Virus record (IMG/VR): IMGVR_UViG_3300044504_000033
Coordinates: 10,103 to 74,102 of that record
Reading direction: 5' to 3' (one strand)
From: a virus
Lineage: Duplodnaviria; Heunggongvirae; Uroviricota; Caudoviricetes
DNA: 64,000 bases
A program made the translations under genes and the position numbers. Of this stretch, positions 1-9,824 are shown in pieces. Each line of letters begins with the position of its first letter. The first letter of the stretch is position 1. Under the pieces are notes generated by a model. It was given only the letters and a program-made list of their open reading frames with translations. It made no database searches and was not told the DNA's origin.

Positions 1-183
1 CCAAAGATTTTCCGGCATTATTTTGTGAGATAAGTATCTCAACAAACTGTCTAACGAGTATAAGTACGAAGATAATAAACAAGTAGTCAGAGGAGTTCAA
101 CTCAAGAGAACTCTCTAGTAGGTAGTAGATACGATAACCAATAACCCATAGCAAGAGAGCTGTGAGTATATTTGATAAGAATT

Positions 184-657
184 TCATTCCGGCATTTCTC
201 CTCTCAGTGTTTGCTGTAAACGAGCCTTGTGTCTGTCAGAGATTGGCTCTTTCACGTTCCAAGAGATAGCTTCGATACGCGTATTGTACCAATCTTTAGT
301 TGTTGGTGCCTCTACAAGGCATAGCGACCATGTTTCTGCGTACGCAAGAGAGCCTTTTGTTTGATACTGCTCTAAACAAATGAAATCGAACTCTTCCTTT
401 GGACGCTCCTTAAAGTGTTCAGCTAGCGCCTTAGAGGACGATGCATACTTCCTCCAATTTGATTCTTTTCCCTTATTCTTCACCCCCATCCCATAGAATT
501 GTTTCTTGCCTAAGTAGAATCTATCTAAAAAGTTGTCCCTGATTACATAGATAAAGCCTACACCATTTCCCATCTGTTCAGGGAACACCCAGTGTCCATT
601 ACTAAACTTAGGTAGTACTACTTTTTGTATAGGAGGAAGTACACCATTAAACTGCAT
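184..657 (-). CDS. GIY-YIG family endonuclease-like protein (possible homing endonuclease)
   Basis: 157 aa; GFIYVIRDNFLDRFYLGKK matches the GIY-(10 aa)-YIG core, followed by a basic region. Confidence 0.45.
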   Translation of the reverse strand: MQFNGVLPPIQKVVLPKFSNGHWVFPEQMGNGVGFIYVIRDNFLDRFYLGKKQFYGMGVKNKGKESNWRKYASSSKALAEHFKERPKEEFDFICLEQYQTKGSLAYAETWSLCLVEAPTTKDWYNTRIEAISWNVKEPISDRHKARLQQTLRGEMPE

Positions 658-922
658 ACTTTAACCTCTTTTTATCGGACAACCACTTACGTACCCAAGC
701 GGTCGCAATACTATCAGTCGATACGTGTTCACTTTTGATTCCAAGATGGTAGACTATCAGCTCTTCATCATCACGCGCGAGTCGTAATGCTTCAGTATGG
801 ACTCTTTTACCTAGTTTGAACCAGCCATGCGTCGCTACCATCCAATCTGAAAATAACTTAAGTTTATTCTTGTGTAAGAGATTTCTACTTCGACTCATCG
901 AATTTCCTCCACAATTGGCCAT
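647..922 (-). CDS. hypothetical protein (91 aa), overlaps start of GIY-YIG ORF
   Basis: ORF on the same strand as the operon; overlaps the downstream endonuclease ORF by 11 nt; could be its separate N-terminal module. Confidence 0.3.
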   Translation of the reverse strand: MANCGGNSMSRSRNLLHKNKLKLFSDWMVATHGWFKLGKRVHTEALRLARDDEELIVYHLGIKSEHVSTDSIATAWVRKWLSDKKRLKYAV

Positions 923-1719
923 TCATCAAAATTAAAGTAATCACCGGAGTGTCTTTGAAGGTGGATAAGTTTACCATTTAAGAGGAGCTGTTCGTACCAC
1001 TCCTCACCGTATGCCATTATATAACGATTAACAACCTCCTCCTGATACTCTTCAACAGAATTCAGGTGTGCCAGTATACGTGTGGCCTTCACATCACCAA
1101 TGTTAATTACACCAGGGATATTATCTGTTGGGTCTCCCTTAAGCAGCTGTTCATAGTAATGCCTATCTGCTTCCTCCTGTGTAATGTGAATCAGCTCCTT
1201 TGTCTTCATGTTGAAGAAACTGCCTGGGATACACTTCATATCCTTATCGATAGTACACACCACATATGGTATCTCATGCTTGATACATTGTTCAGCCCAG
1301 ATACGGACCCAGTCGTCTGCTTCACGACCGTGTGATGGTAGCGCATAGCCGTTACGGATCGCCAACTCACGAATCATTGGGACAAATGGATTTGTCTTAT
1401 GTGTTGGTTTCCTGCGATTGGCCTTATAGTCAGCATATAACAGATCTCTGAAGTTATCATCACCCTTTACGGCCATTAAGTATTTTGTTGTATAAAATCG
1501 CTCAAGTAATGCCGCGAGTTCCGTCTCAAAGTTTGCCCATGATTGTCTTATATAAATTGTATCTTCTTCGGGTGTATATTCAAGAACCTTTCGCTCACCC
1601 TCATCATCCAACATTGTAACCAATACACCATCTTCTCTTTGTATCTTCTTCTCCCATCTTGGCTTACATGCTAAGTGCACAGGGATGTCACCATCTATAA
1701 TGAGTAGAACTTCCGACAT
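895..1719 (-). CDS. 5'-3' exonuclease / flap endonuclease (FEN, Pol I 5'-nuclease family)
   Basis: N-terminal LLIIDGD; KGDPTDNIPGVINIGDVKATRIL helix-hairpin-helix segment; acidic clusters typical of T5 D15 / T7 gp6-type nucleases. Confidence 0.75.
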   Translation of the reverse strand: MSEVLLIIDGDIPVHLACKPRWEKKIQREDGVLVTMLDDEGERKVLEYTPEEDTIYIRQSWANFETELAALLERFYTTKYLMAVKGDDNFRDLLYADYKANRRKPTHKTNPFVPMIRELAIRNGYALPSHGREADDWVRIWAEQCIKHEIPYVVCTIDKDMKCIPGSFFNMKTKELIHITQEEADRHYYEQLLKGDPTDNIPGVINIGDVKATRILAHLNSVEEYQEEVVNRYIMAYGEEWYEQLLLNGKLIHLQRHSGDYFNFDEWPIVEEIR

Positions 1720-2240
1720 TCTGTGATCCTTTCGTCTAAACTTTGGATAATCGACAAGACGCCATTTATTTGATACAACTCGCGCTCTCTTACGTAACTT
1801 TCAGCTTTTTTGTAATGCTCAAACATTTTCATATTTCCCAGCTCAATCTGCTCTACTGCCCAGAACATAAACTCAAGGAGATCTGCTGCCTTTAAGATAG
1901 CTTTACCAAAATCCGAAATCTTCCCTCTGAACTGCGCAGGAATGTTGTCCTCACTCCACCTTAATTCCATACTATCTAATTCCTCTTTGAGAGAGGCTGA
2001 TGCATGCTTAGCGTGTGTGGGGTTATCACCCGTAAAGTACTCAGGGATATCATGGACAAGCATCACTTTCAGCATAAGTAATGCATCTTTAGTATCGTAT
2101 GGTGCCATGAGTTCTATTAAAATTGTCATTGCGTGGGCTGTATGGTGGCCCACTGTGCACTCACCAATGATCTGATGGGTATGACAGCGTTTCACATTAA
2201 AACCATGCCTTGCCGTTTTAAGCCATTTCGTGTCTACCAT
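1695..2240 (-). CDS. HD-domain phosphohydrolase (5'-deoxynucleotidase-like)
   Basis: 181 aa; H...H...VMLVHDIPEYFTGD...D pattern of HD metal-dependent hydrolases. Confidence 0.5.
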   Translation of the reverse strand: MVDTKWLKTARHGFNVKRCHTHQIIGECTVGHHTAHAMTILIELMAPYDTKDALLMLKVMLVHDIPEYFTGDNPTHAKHASASLKEELDSMELRWSEDNIPAQFRGKISDFGKAILKAADLLEFMFWAVEQIELGNMKMFEHYKKAESYVRERELYQINGVLSIIQSLDERITECRKFYSL

Positions 2241-2470
2241 CCTTCTCTCCTTTTGATAAGGGACTAACCAGAGATTTATTGGGCAATCTAAGGTTAGACC
2301 AGTTTAGTGTCATTTATCGTATACAGTTACATGAACGATACACTCGACCACGGTGTAGTCAGCACCCTCGTCGAATACCTCTGAAGAGAGTATCTCCATA
2401 TCAGATTCCGTGTCCACAGTATCTAGTGCTATTGTGATTAACTGTGTAGCAATTTCACATACGTCTGTCA

Positions 2471-4414
2471 TCAGTGGATCTCCAACCAATTATTTCCAAT
2501 TAAGCCTGAGCCATCCATAATCTCAATGCCGTAAAGTTTTGGGCCATCTCTGAATGCTTCCTTACCTATCTGTGCAGCACGCTCGGCGAACTCTTCGGGG
2601 ACGAAGAAGTCAATCTCATCATGGTAAAATATACACGGTTGGTAAGGAATTCCCTCCTTCTCTAAATTTTCCATGGTAAGCATAAGTGCAGTTGAGCAAG
2701 TGATCTTTTCAAGGGCTTGAAGGAGATACACAAGTAGCTTATGGAACGAGTCCACATAGATAGGCGTCCCTACAATAGAAGGTATGTACCCATCTCCAAA
2801 CTTAGATGTGCTACCATAGATATTCTCAAGTTTATCAATTAAACCTTTAAACCCAGGTACAGCTTTAAGAAACCCATTTCTGAATTTATTTCCACGTTTA
2901 GGGTCTTGAATACCCATGATATAACTCCACAATTTAGCACCCGCGGCCCCAAAGAGAAATGCGTAGAGTACACGTTTGGCAACACCACGAGGTACGGTAT
3001 GATCAAAGCCCATAGACTTCAGCACTTCAGTCATCTTATCCGCGTTGTATTGGTGGATATCCCCATTCAAGAGTATCTCAATAAAGTCTGCATCCCCAAG
3101 GTAATGTGCCAACCCTCTTGCTTGGTTTCCTGAAGAGTCGCAGCCTATAAGTTTAGTCCCTGGAGGGCATCCAAATAAAGCTCTCATCTCAGAACCCCAT
3201 GTACTATCCACAGAGGGAACATTCACGATAATCTGATGAGTTGCACGCATCGAAGGTGTGCCGATGAGTATACAATCGCCATGCAGTCGTCCATTTTCAT
3301 CTGTGTTTGCGATCCATGTCCTAAGATTATTGAAACGAGACTGGGTAGTTAGATAGTCTTTATACACCTTACCATCACCCCCGAGGAACTCTAAGCTATC
3401 TTCGGTGATTTTCGGTGAAGCACGCTCTTTCTTAAAAGTCTTCTCATTAAACTTATAGTTCCATTCGGTCGGCTCCCACCCATTACGAAACAAAAAGACC
3501 TTAACATCAGTCACAGATGATAACTTCAGAGGTTCGAAAGTCACACGACAATACTCACCTAGTATCATCCTATGATTCTTATCATCTCGCGCAAGTTCAT
3601 CATCATCAAGACCATTGTATGGTGCTATGTCAAACCAATTACAGGTATGCACATCGTAGGTACCATTTCTTAGCCATTTAGGTTTCTTAACAGCTACTAC
3701 ACCCTTTATTTTATCAGTTGGTACGACTTTGATGCCAAGCTTTCCATCAAGAAGCTCATGGGCAGCCGCAATTTCGACGGCCATCCTACCTGATAACTCT
3801 GTGGCGGCATCAACGTTAAAAGGCCAGCCATAGAGTCTACTCTCGGTTGCCCAACGAGCCGCGAAGTGTTCGGCTCTAAGGTAGTATTTGAGTTCTGGAT
3901 TCTTCTCAAGGCGTTTTAAGTATTCTTGAAGTAGGAATAAGTATTGTTTTTTAGTTATATCTTTGTCTCTACGACAGTAGTCAATCATCTCAGGATGGTA
4001 CTGCTTGAACTCAGCTCCTTTAGGTGATAGCGTAGTTATCAACCCAAGCTCAATAGCGCGTGCTCTCCAATCTATCTTTTCAAATCCGAAGAATTCACCC
4101 CAGACTTTAAGACTGTGTCCTTTATTTCCGAAACGTTTATAGTTTAGAACTTGAGACATCAACATCGTATCGTGACTACCACAAGTTTTTGGAAATTTGT
4201 AATTGAACATTTTAAGAAGAGCATAGTTATCGTAGCCCAGGATATTCTGGCCTATGACTAGCGAAGCCTCGTCAAATAATTTCATCCAAGAGAGGTCACC
4301 TTCGAGGAATACAGACTCAACCCCTGTGTCAATATTCTCGACAACCATCACCCACATACGCGTACAATTTAATAAAAGATCATCTCCTTCAATGTCGTAT
4401 ACATATCTACTCAA
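2471..4414 (-). CDS. DNA polymerase family A with N-terminal 3'-5' exonuclease domain
   Basis: Exo I YDIEGD, Exo II GQNILGYDNYAL, Exo III SHDTMLMSQVL. Pol motif A IGCDSSGNQARGLAHY, motif B RGVAKRVLYAFLFGAAGAKL, motif C IFYHDEIDFFV. Confidence 0.85.
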   Translation of the reverse strand: MSRYVYDIEGDDLLLNCTRMWVMVVENIDTGVESVFLEGDLSWMKLFDEASLVIGQNILGYDNYALLKMFNYKFPKTCGSHDTMLMSQVLNYKRFGNKGHSLKVWGEFFGFEKIDWRARAIELGLITTLSPKGAEFKQYHPEMIDYCRRDKDITKKQYLFLLQEYLKRLEKNPELKYYLRAEHFAARWATESRLYGWPFNVDAATELSGRMAVEIAAAHELLDGKLGIKVVPTDKIKGVVAVKKPKWLRNGTYDVHTCNWFDIAPYNGLDDDELARDDKNHRMILGEYCRVTFEPLKLSSVTDVKVFLFRNGWEPTEWNYKFNEKTFKKERASPKITEDSLEFLGGDGKVYKDYLTTQSRFNNLRTWIANTDENGRLHGDCILIGTPSMRATHQIIVNVPSVDSTWGSEMRALFGCPPGTKLIGCDSSGNQARGLAHYLGDADFIEILLNGDIHQYNADKMTEVLKSMGFDHTVPRGVAKRVLYAFLFGAAGAKLWSYIMGIQDPKRGNKFRNGFLKAVPGFKGLIDKLENIYGSTSKFGDGYIPSIVGTPIYVDSFHKLLVYLLQALEKITCSTALMLTMENLEKEGIPYQPCIFYHDEIDFFVPEEFAERAAQIGKEAFRDGPKLYGIEIMDGSGLIGNNWLEIH

Positions 4415-4418
4415 TGGC

Positions 4419-4958
4419 TCAACCCCTTAAGATAACCTCAATGTCTTTAACACGAATTGGTTTGTAGCCGTTCTTCATAAATGCAGTTTTGAAACGCATA
4501 TACCAAAGAGCTTTGAGAGACTCTTGCACTACAGCATCCTTCTTTCCTTCACGATCCATGTATTTACGAATTTGTAGATCAACCGCAGCCACGAAACACT
4601 CACCCGAGTAGCGATACTGCATTGCTTCTAACCATTCCAACTCAGGTAAATATTCTTTGTAATGAGATGGATTTACAGCTTCTGCTATCTTTTGTTTTGC
4701 AGAGACATCACTCGCCGGTTCGGAAACAGTCACAGGCTTATCCCTCCAGACACGTCTTTCAAGCATTGTTGTGAAGTCATCGAGGTCTTCAGCAGTATGT
4801 AATGTACGCATTGATGACTCATTTATATTATCCCAGATCTCGATGTAATTAGGTGATGTTGCATCTGCTGCTGTCAATTCTTCAATCCGTGTTGTTGTTC
4901 CGGTCTTTACACCTGATCCTGTAGGTGACTTTTTATATGTTGTATATAAGAATTGCAT
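4419..4958 (-). CDS. DUF3310-like phage protein
   Basis: C-terminal NPSHYKEY...LEWLEAMQY...IRKYMDREGKKD...SLKALWYM resembles the DUF3310 signature common in phage replication modules. Confidence 0.4.
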   Translation of the reverse strand: MQFLYTTYKKSPTGSGVKTGTTTRIEELTAADATSPNYIEIWDNINESSMRTLHTAEDLDDFTTMLERRVWRDKPVTVSEPASDVSAKQKIAEAVNPSHYKEYLPELEWLEAMQYRYSGECFVAAVDLQIRKYMDREGKKDAVVQESLKALWYMRFKTAFMKNGYKPIRVKDIEVILRG

Positions 4959-5011
4959 ATGTATCCTTAAAATAGAAGGGCTACTCAGAGAGAGTAACCC
5001 TATGGACCAAT

Positions 5012-5665
5012 TTAAAAATTATCGTTTGGATTGAGACCTACAGGCACTACTGCAGGTACTACAGGTGCTGCTACAGGTGCTGCTACAGGTGCTGCTACAG
5101 GTGCTGCTACAGGTGCTGCTACTACAGGAATCTCTCCCATTGTCTGCTCGCCAGCAGGAGTATACGCGCCATCAGCTACTCCACTCTCTTCTGTCGGTTG
5201 AACCACGGTAGTCGTAGTCTCACCGAAGTCACTCTCGCGGGGTTTTGGTACATACAGAAGATGTGTGGTGACCTGGATGCCCATTGGAATTGTACTAATA
5301 CCCTTTGTGCCGTCTGGCTTTGTGTGCTCATACTGCCAGATACGTACATTGGCGATTGAGCCATGGCCGATCGTGTTTGGATCGATGGGATTCATACTAC
5401 CGTCAATGACCTCAACAAACGATGCAGGTGTGCCATCTGCTTTGGTAATATGTCGCTGAAGATTACACCGCCAGTAGGGTTTAGAGCCGTCATCAGGGAG
5501 TACTGCGCTGACCCTCATATTAAGCGCTTCCCATTCTTTCTTCTTTGCTGGGTCGGTAGTTCTGATCTGAACTTCCCATGTTGGATTCTTCTTATTAAAC
5601 TTGGCGTTGGGGTGCAATGGATCACACTTGACGTACCAAACTTCGCAGGCGTTTAAGATAGGCAT
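5012..5665 (-). CDS. single-stranded DNA-binding protein-like (phage gp2.5 / DUF2815-type) with (PVAA)n linker and C-terminal Phe
   Basis: 217 aa; N-terminal OB-fold-like region. A low-complexity AAPVAAPVAAPV linker is followed by acidic/aromatic terminus ...NPNDNF, as in T7 gp2.5-type SSBs. Sits in the replication module. Confidence 0.4.
   Translation of the reverse strand: MPILNACEVWYVKCDPLHPNAKFNKKNPTWEVQIRTTDPAKKKEWEALNMRVSAVLPDDGSKPYWRCNLQRHITKADGTPASFVEVIDGSMNPIDPNTIGHGSIANVRIWQYEHTKPDGTKGISTIPMGIQVTTHLLYVPKPRESDFGETTTTVVQPTEESGVADGAYTPAGEQTMGEIPVVAAPVAAPVAAPVAAPVAAPVVPAVVPVGLNPNDNF
5049..5122. repeat. 12-bp tandem repeat (caggtgctgcta)x~6 inside SSB-like gene, encodes (PVAA)n
   Basis: Direct reading of sequence 5041-5125. 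Confidence 0.85.
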
Positions 5666-5707
5666 TTTGGGTTTCCTAGATATGTTTTAAAAGTGGCCCT
5701 CTTTGAA

Positions 5708-5726
5708 GGGTTAATTTAACGGGGTC
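5708..5726. promoter_or_regulatory. class I conserved motif site 1 (GGGTTAATTTAACGGGGTC), 45 nt upstream of SSB-like gene
   Basis: One of five copies of the TTAATTTAACGGGGTC core at operon boundaries. Confidence 0.5.
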
Positions 5727-5738
5727 GCTTGAACAAGC

Positions 5739-6512
5739 TTAACCGATACGTTCGGTGATATTTTGTAATTGTGCTGCCAGCTCTTCTTTACGCTTAATTG
5801 CATGGTCCTTTGCTTCTGTAGCTTTCTCTCTATCGAGGAGGGTTTCCAACTGGTCTCCATTGATAATATGGATTCCAATTGTTCCTTCTATCTGTTCCAC
5901 ACGCGTGATTCCGTGCGAACCAACATCGAGCTGCATGCGTCCGGTAAAGGCTGTGCTGAGGAGCAGCAGGGTTGCTTCACTATATGCAAACACGATTACA
6001 TTGGTATTATGTTGATTGACGACGATATATCTCATTTTAGTGTGTTCCTCTATGGTTTCTGGATAGCTAAATGCGTGAATCTCGTGTGTCTGCATCATAT
6101 GTTTAACATTGCCACTAATACAGCTGTCTCTATACTTAGGTAGTATATCTAGTAGTGGCATGATAAACTTCATATATTCATTCTTCACTGTTTCAGGGGG
6201 ACAGTCATATGATTGTATGTACTTAATCCTTTTAAGGAATTGTGTGATGGCAGACGGTGTAGGGTTTGACACATGATACTTAAACCGAGTAAGATTGGCG
6301 ACATACCGGGGGAAAATCTCTTTGTTGGTGTAAGAACGCGTTGTAAGTAATTCGTGTAGATAACTAATAGCGGTAGGTGTCAACCAAGTGTTATCATGCA
6401 TCAGAACGTTCCTCGAAGTTTGCAGTCCATTCTTCTTCTGTAATTCCTGTAATGAGAAACTCACGCTCAGAGCTCGAAAGGTCTGGAAAAGCATCTTGAG
6501 CAAGCATTCCAT
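5739..6512 (-). CDS. hypothetical protein (start probably at internal Met near 6401)
   Basis: Long minus-strand ORF; its 5' end overlaps ORF 6394-6600, suggesting a later start. Confidence 0.4.
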   Translation of the reverse strand: MECLLKMLFQTFRALSVSFSLQELQKKNGLQTSRNVLMHDNTWLTPTAISYLHELLTTRSYTNKEIFPRYVANLTRFKYHVSNPTPSAITQFLKRIKYIQSYDCPPETVKNEYMKFIMPLLDILPKYRDSCISGNVKHMMQTHEIHAFSYPETIEEHTKMRYIVVNQHNTNVIVFAYSEATLLLLSTAFTGRMQLDVGSHGITRVEQIEGTIGIHIINGDQLETLLDREKATEAKDHAIKRKEELAAQLQNITERIG

Positions 6513-6600
6513 TTCTCCAGGCGAGTAGTTGCGCCTCTGTTACAGCGAGCTCTTGTTGATGCGTGATACCGGTTAGTGCTGATCTTCTTTCAATTAACAT
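6394..6600 (-). CDS. hypothetical small protein (68 aa)
   Basis: ORF in the operon orientation, acidic C-terminus. Confidence 0.3.
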   Translation of the reverse strand: MLIERRSALTGITHQQELAVTEAQLLAWRNGMLAQDAFPDLSSSEREFLITGITEEEWTANFEERSDA

Positions 6601-7030
6601 CTGAACCTCCGAGAATTAACTTATGGGTCAACCATGGCGGAGGCTCTTTTGATGCTTCAGCTTCCAATGCGGCATATATAGAACTCCAACCATCGGAGGC
6701 GTTGCAATCTGGTATGAAGTACGTGATTCCAAAATCATCATTCACAAGATGTAGCACCGAATAGAGATCCTCTATTTTATCTACATTTTCCCATTGGTTA
6801 AACACATCCTCCCAAAAATCAAAGTGGTGCAGCGTACCTCTGTAAAATTGCACTGAAGCGTACGGAAAGTCCCAAGGCTCTATATACACTGCGTAGCCAA
6901 TGTCATCTATAGGTTCATTTGCGTACTCTTGGATCGGTTCGAGTACATTACACAGAAAGGCACTAACTACACTACGGTGAGCTTCATTTTTAATTCTTTC
7001 AAGATCTTTGTGATTCTTTACAATTATCAT
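6590..7030 (-). CDS. hypothetical protein (146 aa)
   Basis: ORF immediately downstream of the RNAP gene with 10-nt spacing. Confidence 0.4.
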   Translation of the reverse strand: MIIVKNHKDLERIKNEAHRSVVSAFLCNVLEPIQEYANEPIDDIGYAVYIEPWDFPYASVQFYRGTLHHFDFWEDVFNQWENVDKIEDLYSVLHLVNDDFGITYFIPDCNASDGWSSIYAALEAEASKEPPPWLTHKLILGGSDVN

Positions 7031-7039
7031 AATAACCTC

Positions 7040-9304
7040 TTATACAAAACAGAATTCAGATTCAAGGATTAAGCTTAAGTCAAGTGTGCCGATAGTTATT
7101 TCACTGATGTCTCCTTTTATATCTTTCATAATTGATGTTAATGGATCTGCCTCATACAATTCTACGAATGTTTCTCGTATAAGTTTGAACAAATCAGGCA
7201 TATCAGCTAACAGACAGCCGAATGAGTCATGTACAGTCGTAATAGCATAGTCGGCCTTATCAACAGTTATTGTCAAGTGAGCGGCGTCTAGACTATGTAT
7301 CACATTTGGTGAGGCTCCTTGTGCTTGTTTACGTTTTGATGGAACTACATCCTCGATGAAGCATACAAAGAGTTGTAGCGTGTTTGTATAATAACCTGTA
7401 CTTAAACGTGGTCCTGCCGGAGGCCCGTATTGCGTCCATATCTTCTTCGTCTTTCCTTGGACATAGTTCTGTACGACAGGGAAGTTTGTTATAGGTACAG
7501 TCCATGATAAGAATTCGCCAGCCATTTCAGCTTGTCGGCCAGCTTCCTCAAAAACCGCCAATAGCTGCATAGGTCGTTTGAGAGAACGTTTGCAAACATT
7601 ATACACCTCACGACCTAGATAAGCGCCCCAACGATGCTCCATAAATGATAGCTGGTCTACGCCATGTTTCTTTGCATCAAGTATCTGCTGCTCGCCCATT
7701 CCATATGCTGTCGAACCATACGAGATTGTCATAACATTTCGTTTCACAATCTTTCTACGGTACTTTGCATCTGTTATTCGTAACCAGAATAGGGGAGCCG
7801 CCTTTACCATAAGGTCTTCATGTGCTTGCTTAAACTTTCTTATCTCCTCCACTAAGGCTTTTCTGGTGTCACTACGTGGCTCTGACTCATTGATGTCCTT
7901 CTTGAACTCAATTAAGTTATCAATTACAGCTTCACAATCTTGTATCTCCTTTTTTGTGTATGCTGAGGCCACTTCTGATAGATAATCCCAGACATGGTCT
8001 GCCACATACTTGTAGAGGTCGCCAGGTAAATCCAGGGGTACGAGATTGACATAAGGAGCTGTTATTTCATCACGTGTTAACGCGGTGAGGTGCTGACTAC
8101 CATTGGTACTACCATCAATATACACTTCAAGGTGTGACTCGAACCCGTATTCATCATACTCAGGATTCTCTTCGGGTTTGAATAGGCGCATCATTTGTTG
8201 CCAGTTTCTGAACTTTCTCAGCTCTAGACAAGCAGCAAGGAATTGCCAGGGTTTGTCGGCTTTCATCCAACCTTGGTTGACCTTCGGTGACTCCGCGTAA
8301 GAAATAAAAATTTCCTCATTGTCCAGAACCCACTCATGTCTATCAAGTAAGGGTATCTTATCCGTCTTAGCATTATCTTCGCGTCCGGCATCACCGGCCC
8401 AGTTCGAGGCTATCGAGATAGTCAACCAAAAGAAACCTGCGCTGCCGATACGCTTCTTATCATTGCGTAATAATAAGCCCTTGGCTAAGTCAGAGCCTTG
8501 CTCATGGAGATAGGCTGAAGCACAATATTTACGTCCTCTGAAGTCATAATAGTAGAGATGATAAAAGGTTTTTCCTTTAAATCTTCCTGCGATGTCACTG
8601 ATGGCATGCGCTTCACGTAGTTTTGTTGCTCTCGCTTCAGAGTTTTGATTCTCCCATATTTCTGCAAATGCATCAGTTTTGTTACGCAAGGCCCATAATT
8701 GGATATCGTACAGGAGACTATTAATTTGCCATCCAACATGTTGTGCTTTATTTAAACAGCTGAACAGCATAGGATGCGAAGTTAAATTGACACTCTCGAT
8801 GACATCTTTGTTACCGGTCTTTATGATAGGGGTCCCGGTAATGTGTCTCGCAGTTGTCCAGTCGGCGTAAGGTGTTTCTGACGGAAGTTTCTCGATTTTA
8901 TCAGTGTTTATCTTAGCCCACAATTTGCAGATGGCATCATCATTGGTTACCTGGATGATATACGCACCATGTCCATTCGAACTCTTACCTAAAGTTACCT
9001 GAACCATACCTAACTCCTCAAATGTATAGAGGATAAAGGCACCTGTCTTTGCGGCTAATGATGAGTCTCTCTTAAGTTTAAATTTATTGCGAAGGTTGTG
9101 CCCTATTGCAGAAATAACTTCTGTTAGGTAAATTGTGTTCTTATTTGCACCGCGCTTAGCACGAGTGTAGAGATAGATGACCGCTATTGCATTATCGATG
9201 TAATCATCTACGTCTAAGTTTTTTAAGTAGCGCAAGGGACTTTGAGGTGCGAGTTCAGCCTGGCATCTGCTAGTTAATGATTTGATTAATAAGTGTTTCA
9301 TCAC
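7040..9304 (-). CDS. T7-like single-subunit DNA-dependent RNA polymerase (754 aa)
   Basis: YDFRGRKY...GLLLRNDKKRIGSAGFFWL (T7 DWRGRVY...GLLTLAKGKPIGKEGYYWL). Motif A YIDGSTNGSQHLTALTRD, motif B RKIVKRNVMTISYGSTAYG, motif C HDSFGCLLADMPDLF. Confidence 0.9.
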   Translation of the reverse strand: MMKHLLIKSLTSRCQAELAPQSPLRYLKNLDVDDYIDNAIAVIYLYTRAKRGANKNTIYLTEVISAIGHNLRNKFKLKRDSSLAAKTGAFILYTFEELGMVQVTLGKSSNGHGAYIIQVTNDDAICKLWAKINTDKIEKLPSETPYADWTTARHITGTPIIKTGNKDVIESVNLTSHPMLFSCLNKAQHVGWQINSLLYDIQLWALRNKTDAFAEIWENQNSEARATKLREAHAISDIAGRFKGKTFYHLYYYDFRGRKYCASAYLHEQGSDLAKGLLLRNDKKRIGSAGFFWLTISIASNWAGDAGREDNAKTDKIPLLDRHEWVLDNEEIFISYAESPKVNQGWMKADKPWQFLAACLELRKFRNWQQMMRLFKPEENPEYDEYGFESHLEVYIDGSTNGSQHLTALTRDEITAPYVNLVPLDLPGDLYKYVADHVWDYLSEVASAYTKKEIQDCEAVIDNLIEFKKDINESEPRSDTRKALVEEIRKFKQAHEDLMVKAAPLFWLRITDAKYRRKIVKRNVMTISYGSTAYGMGEQQILDAKKHGVDQLSFMEHRWGAYLGREVYNVCKRSLKRPMQLLAVFEEAGRQAEMAGEFLSWTVPITNFPVVQNYVQGKTKKIWTQYGPPAGPRLSTGYYTNTLQLFVCFIEDVVPSKRKQAQGASPNVIHSLDAAHLTITVDKADYAITTVHDSFGCLLADMPDLFKLIRETFVELYEADPLTSIMKDIKGDISEITIGTLDLSLILESEFCFV

Positions 9305-9476
9305 ATTTCCTAATTTAAAAGCCTAGTGTACTTAGTGTCGAGATATATAAAAGGGTACTTGCGAATAGTGTGTACCCCAACACACATGTGATTAATAGTA
9401 GAAATAGTTTTAAAGAAATCCGAAGGATACTTAAACATTTCACCGTTATTAATAACACATATGCTTCCTTAGCTCG

Positions 9477-9525
9477 AAAAAAAAAAAAAATGGGACGGAG
9501 AAAGAAACCACTCCCGAAGGAGTGG
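9477..9525 (-). terminator. putative intrinsic terminator (minus strand): hairpin CCACTCC-TTCG-GGAGTGG, U/C-rich tract, then U14
   Basis: 7-bp stem at 9508-9525; A14 at 9477-9490 on plus strand. Lies between the regulatory/lysis block and the RNAP gene. Confidence 0.45.
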
Positions 9526-9538
9526 GGGTTGAGTTGTG

Positions 9539-9823
9539 CTACATAAACTTGGATAGTTTACGAAGCGATTCAAATGAAAATCGATGGACGTTCTTCATTT
9601 TAAACAAGTCTTGTCGAAATTTCAAGTGTACTTTGTTACAGCGTTCTATTTGTGATATTGTGATTTCTAGATCATTTGTATCTTCTTCAAGTTTTGCGAG
9701 AAGGTCGAATGCATCCGCAGATCGTGAAATCTCTCGCGAAAACTCTGCGATAGCACCTAAGAAATGCTGAAGAAAGCCACCATCAGCAGAACTTTTCTTT
9801 TGACCACCGGTGGCTTTTCCCAT
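9539..9823 (-). CDS. hypothetical protein (94 aa)
   Basis: ORF with 2-nt spacing to the upstream gene. Confidence 0.4.
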   Translation of the reverse strand: MGKATGGQKKSSADGGFLQHFLGAIAEFSREISRSADAFDLLAKLEEDTNDLEITISQIERCNKVHLKFRQDLFKMKNVHRFSFESLRKLSKFM

Positions 9824-9824
9824 A

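Noticed and set aside
9522-9770. 82-aa plus ORF starting inside terminator 1
   Set aside because: Antisense to a minus gene with good coupling to its neighbours; begins within the terminator hairpin; no RBS.
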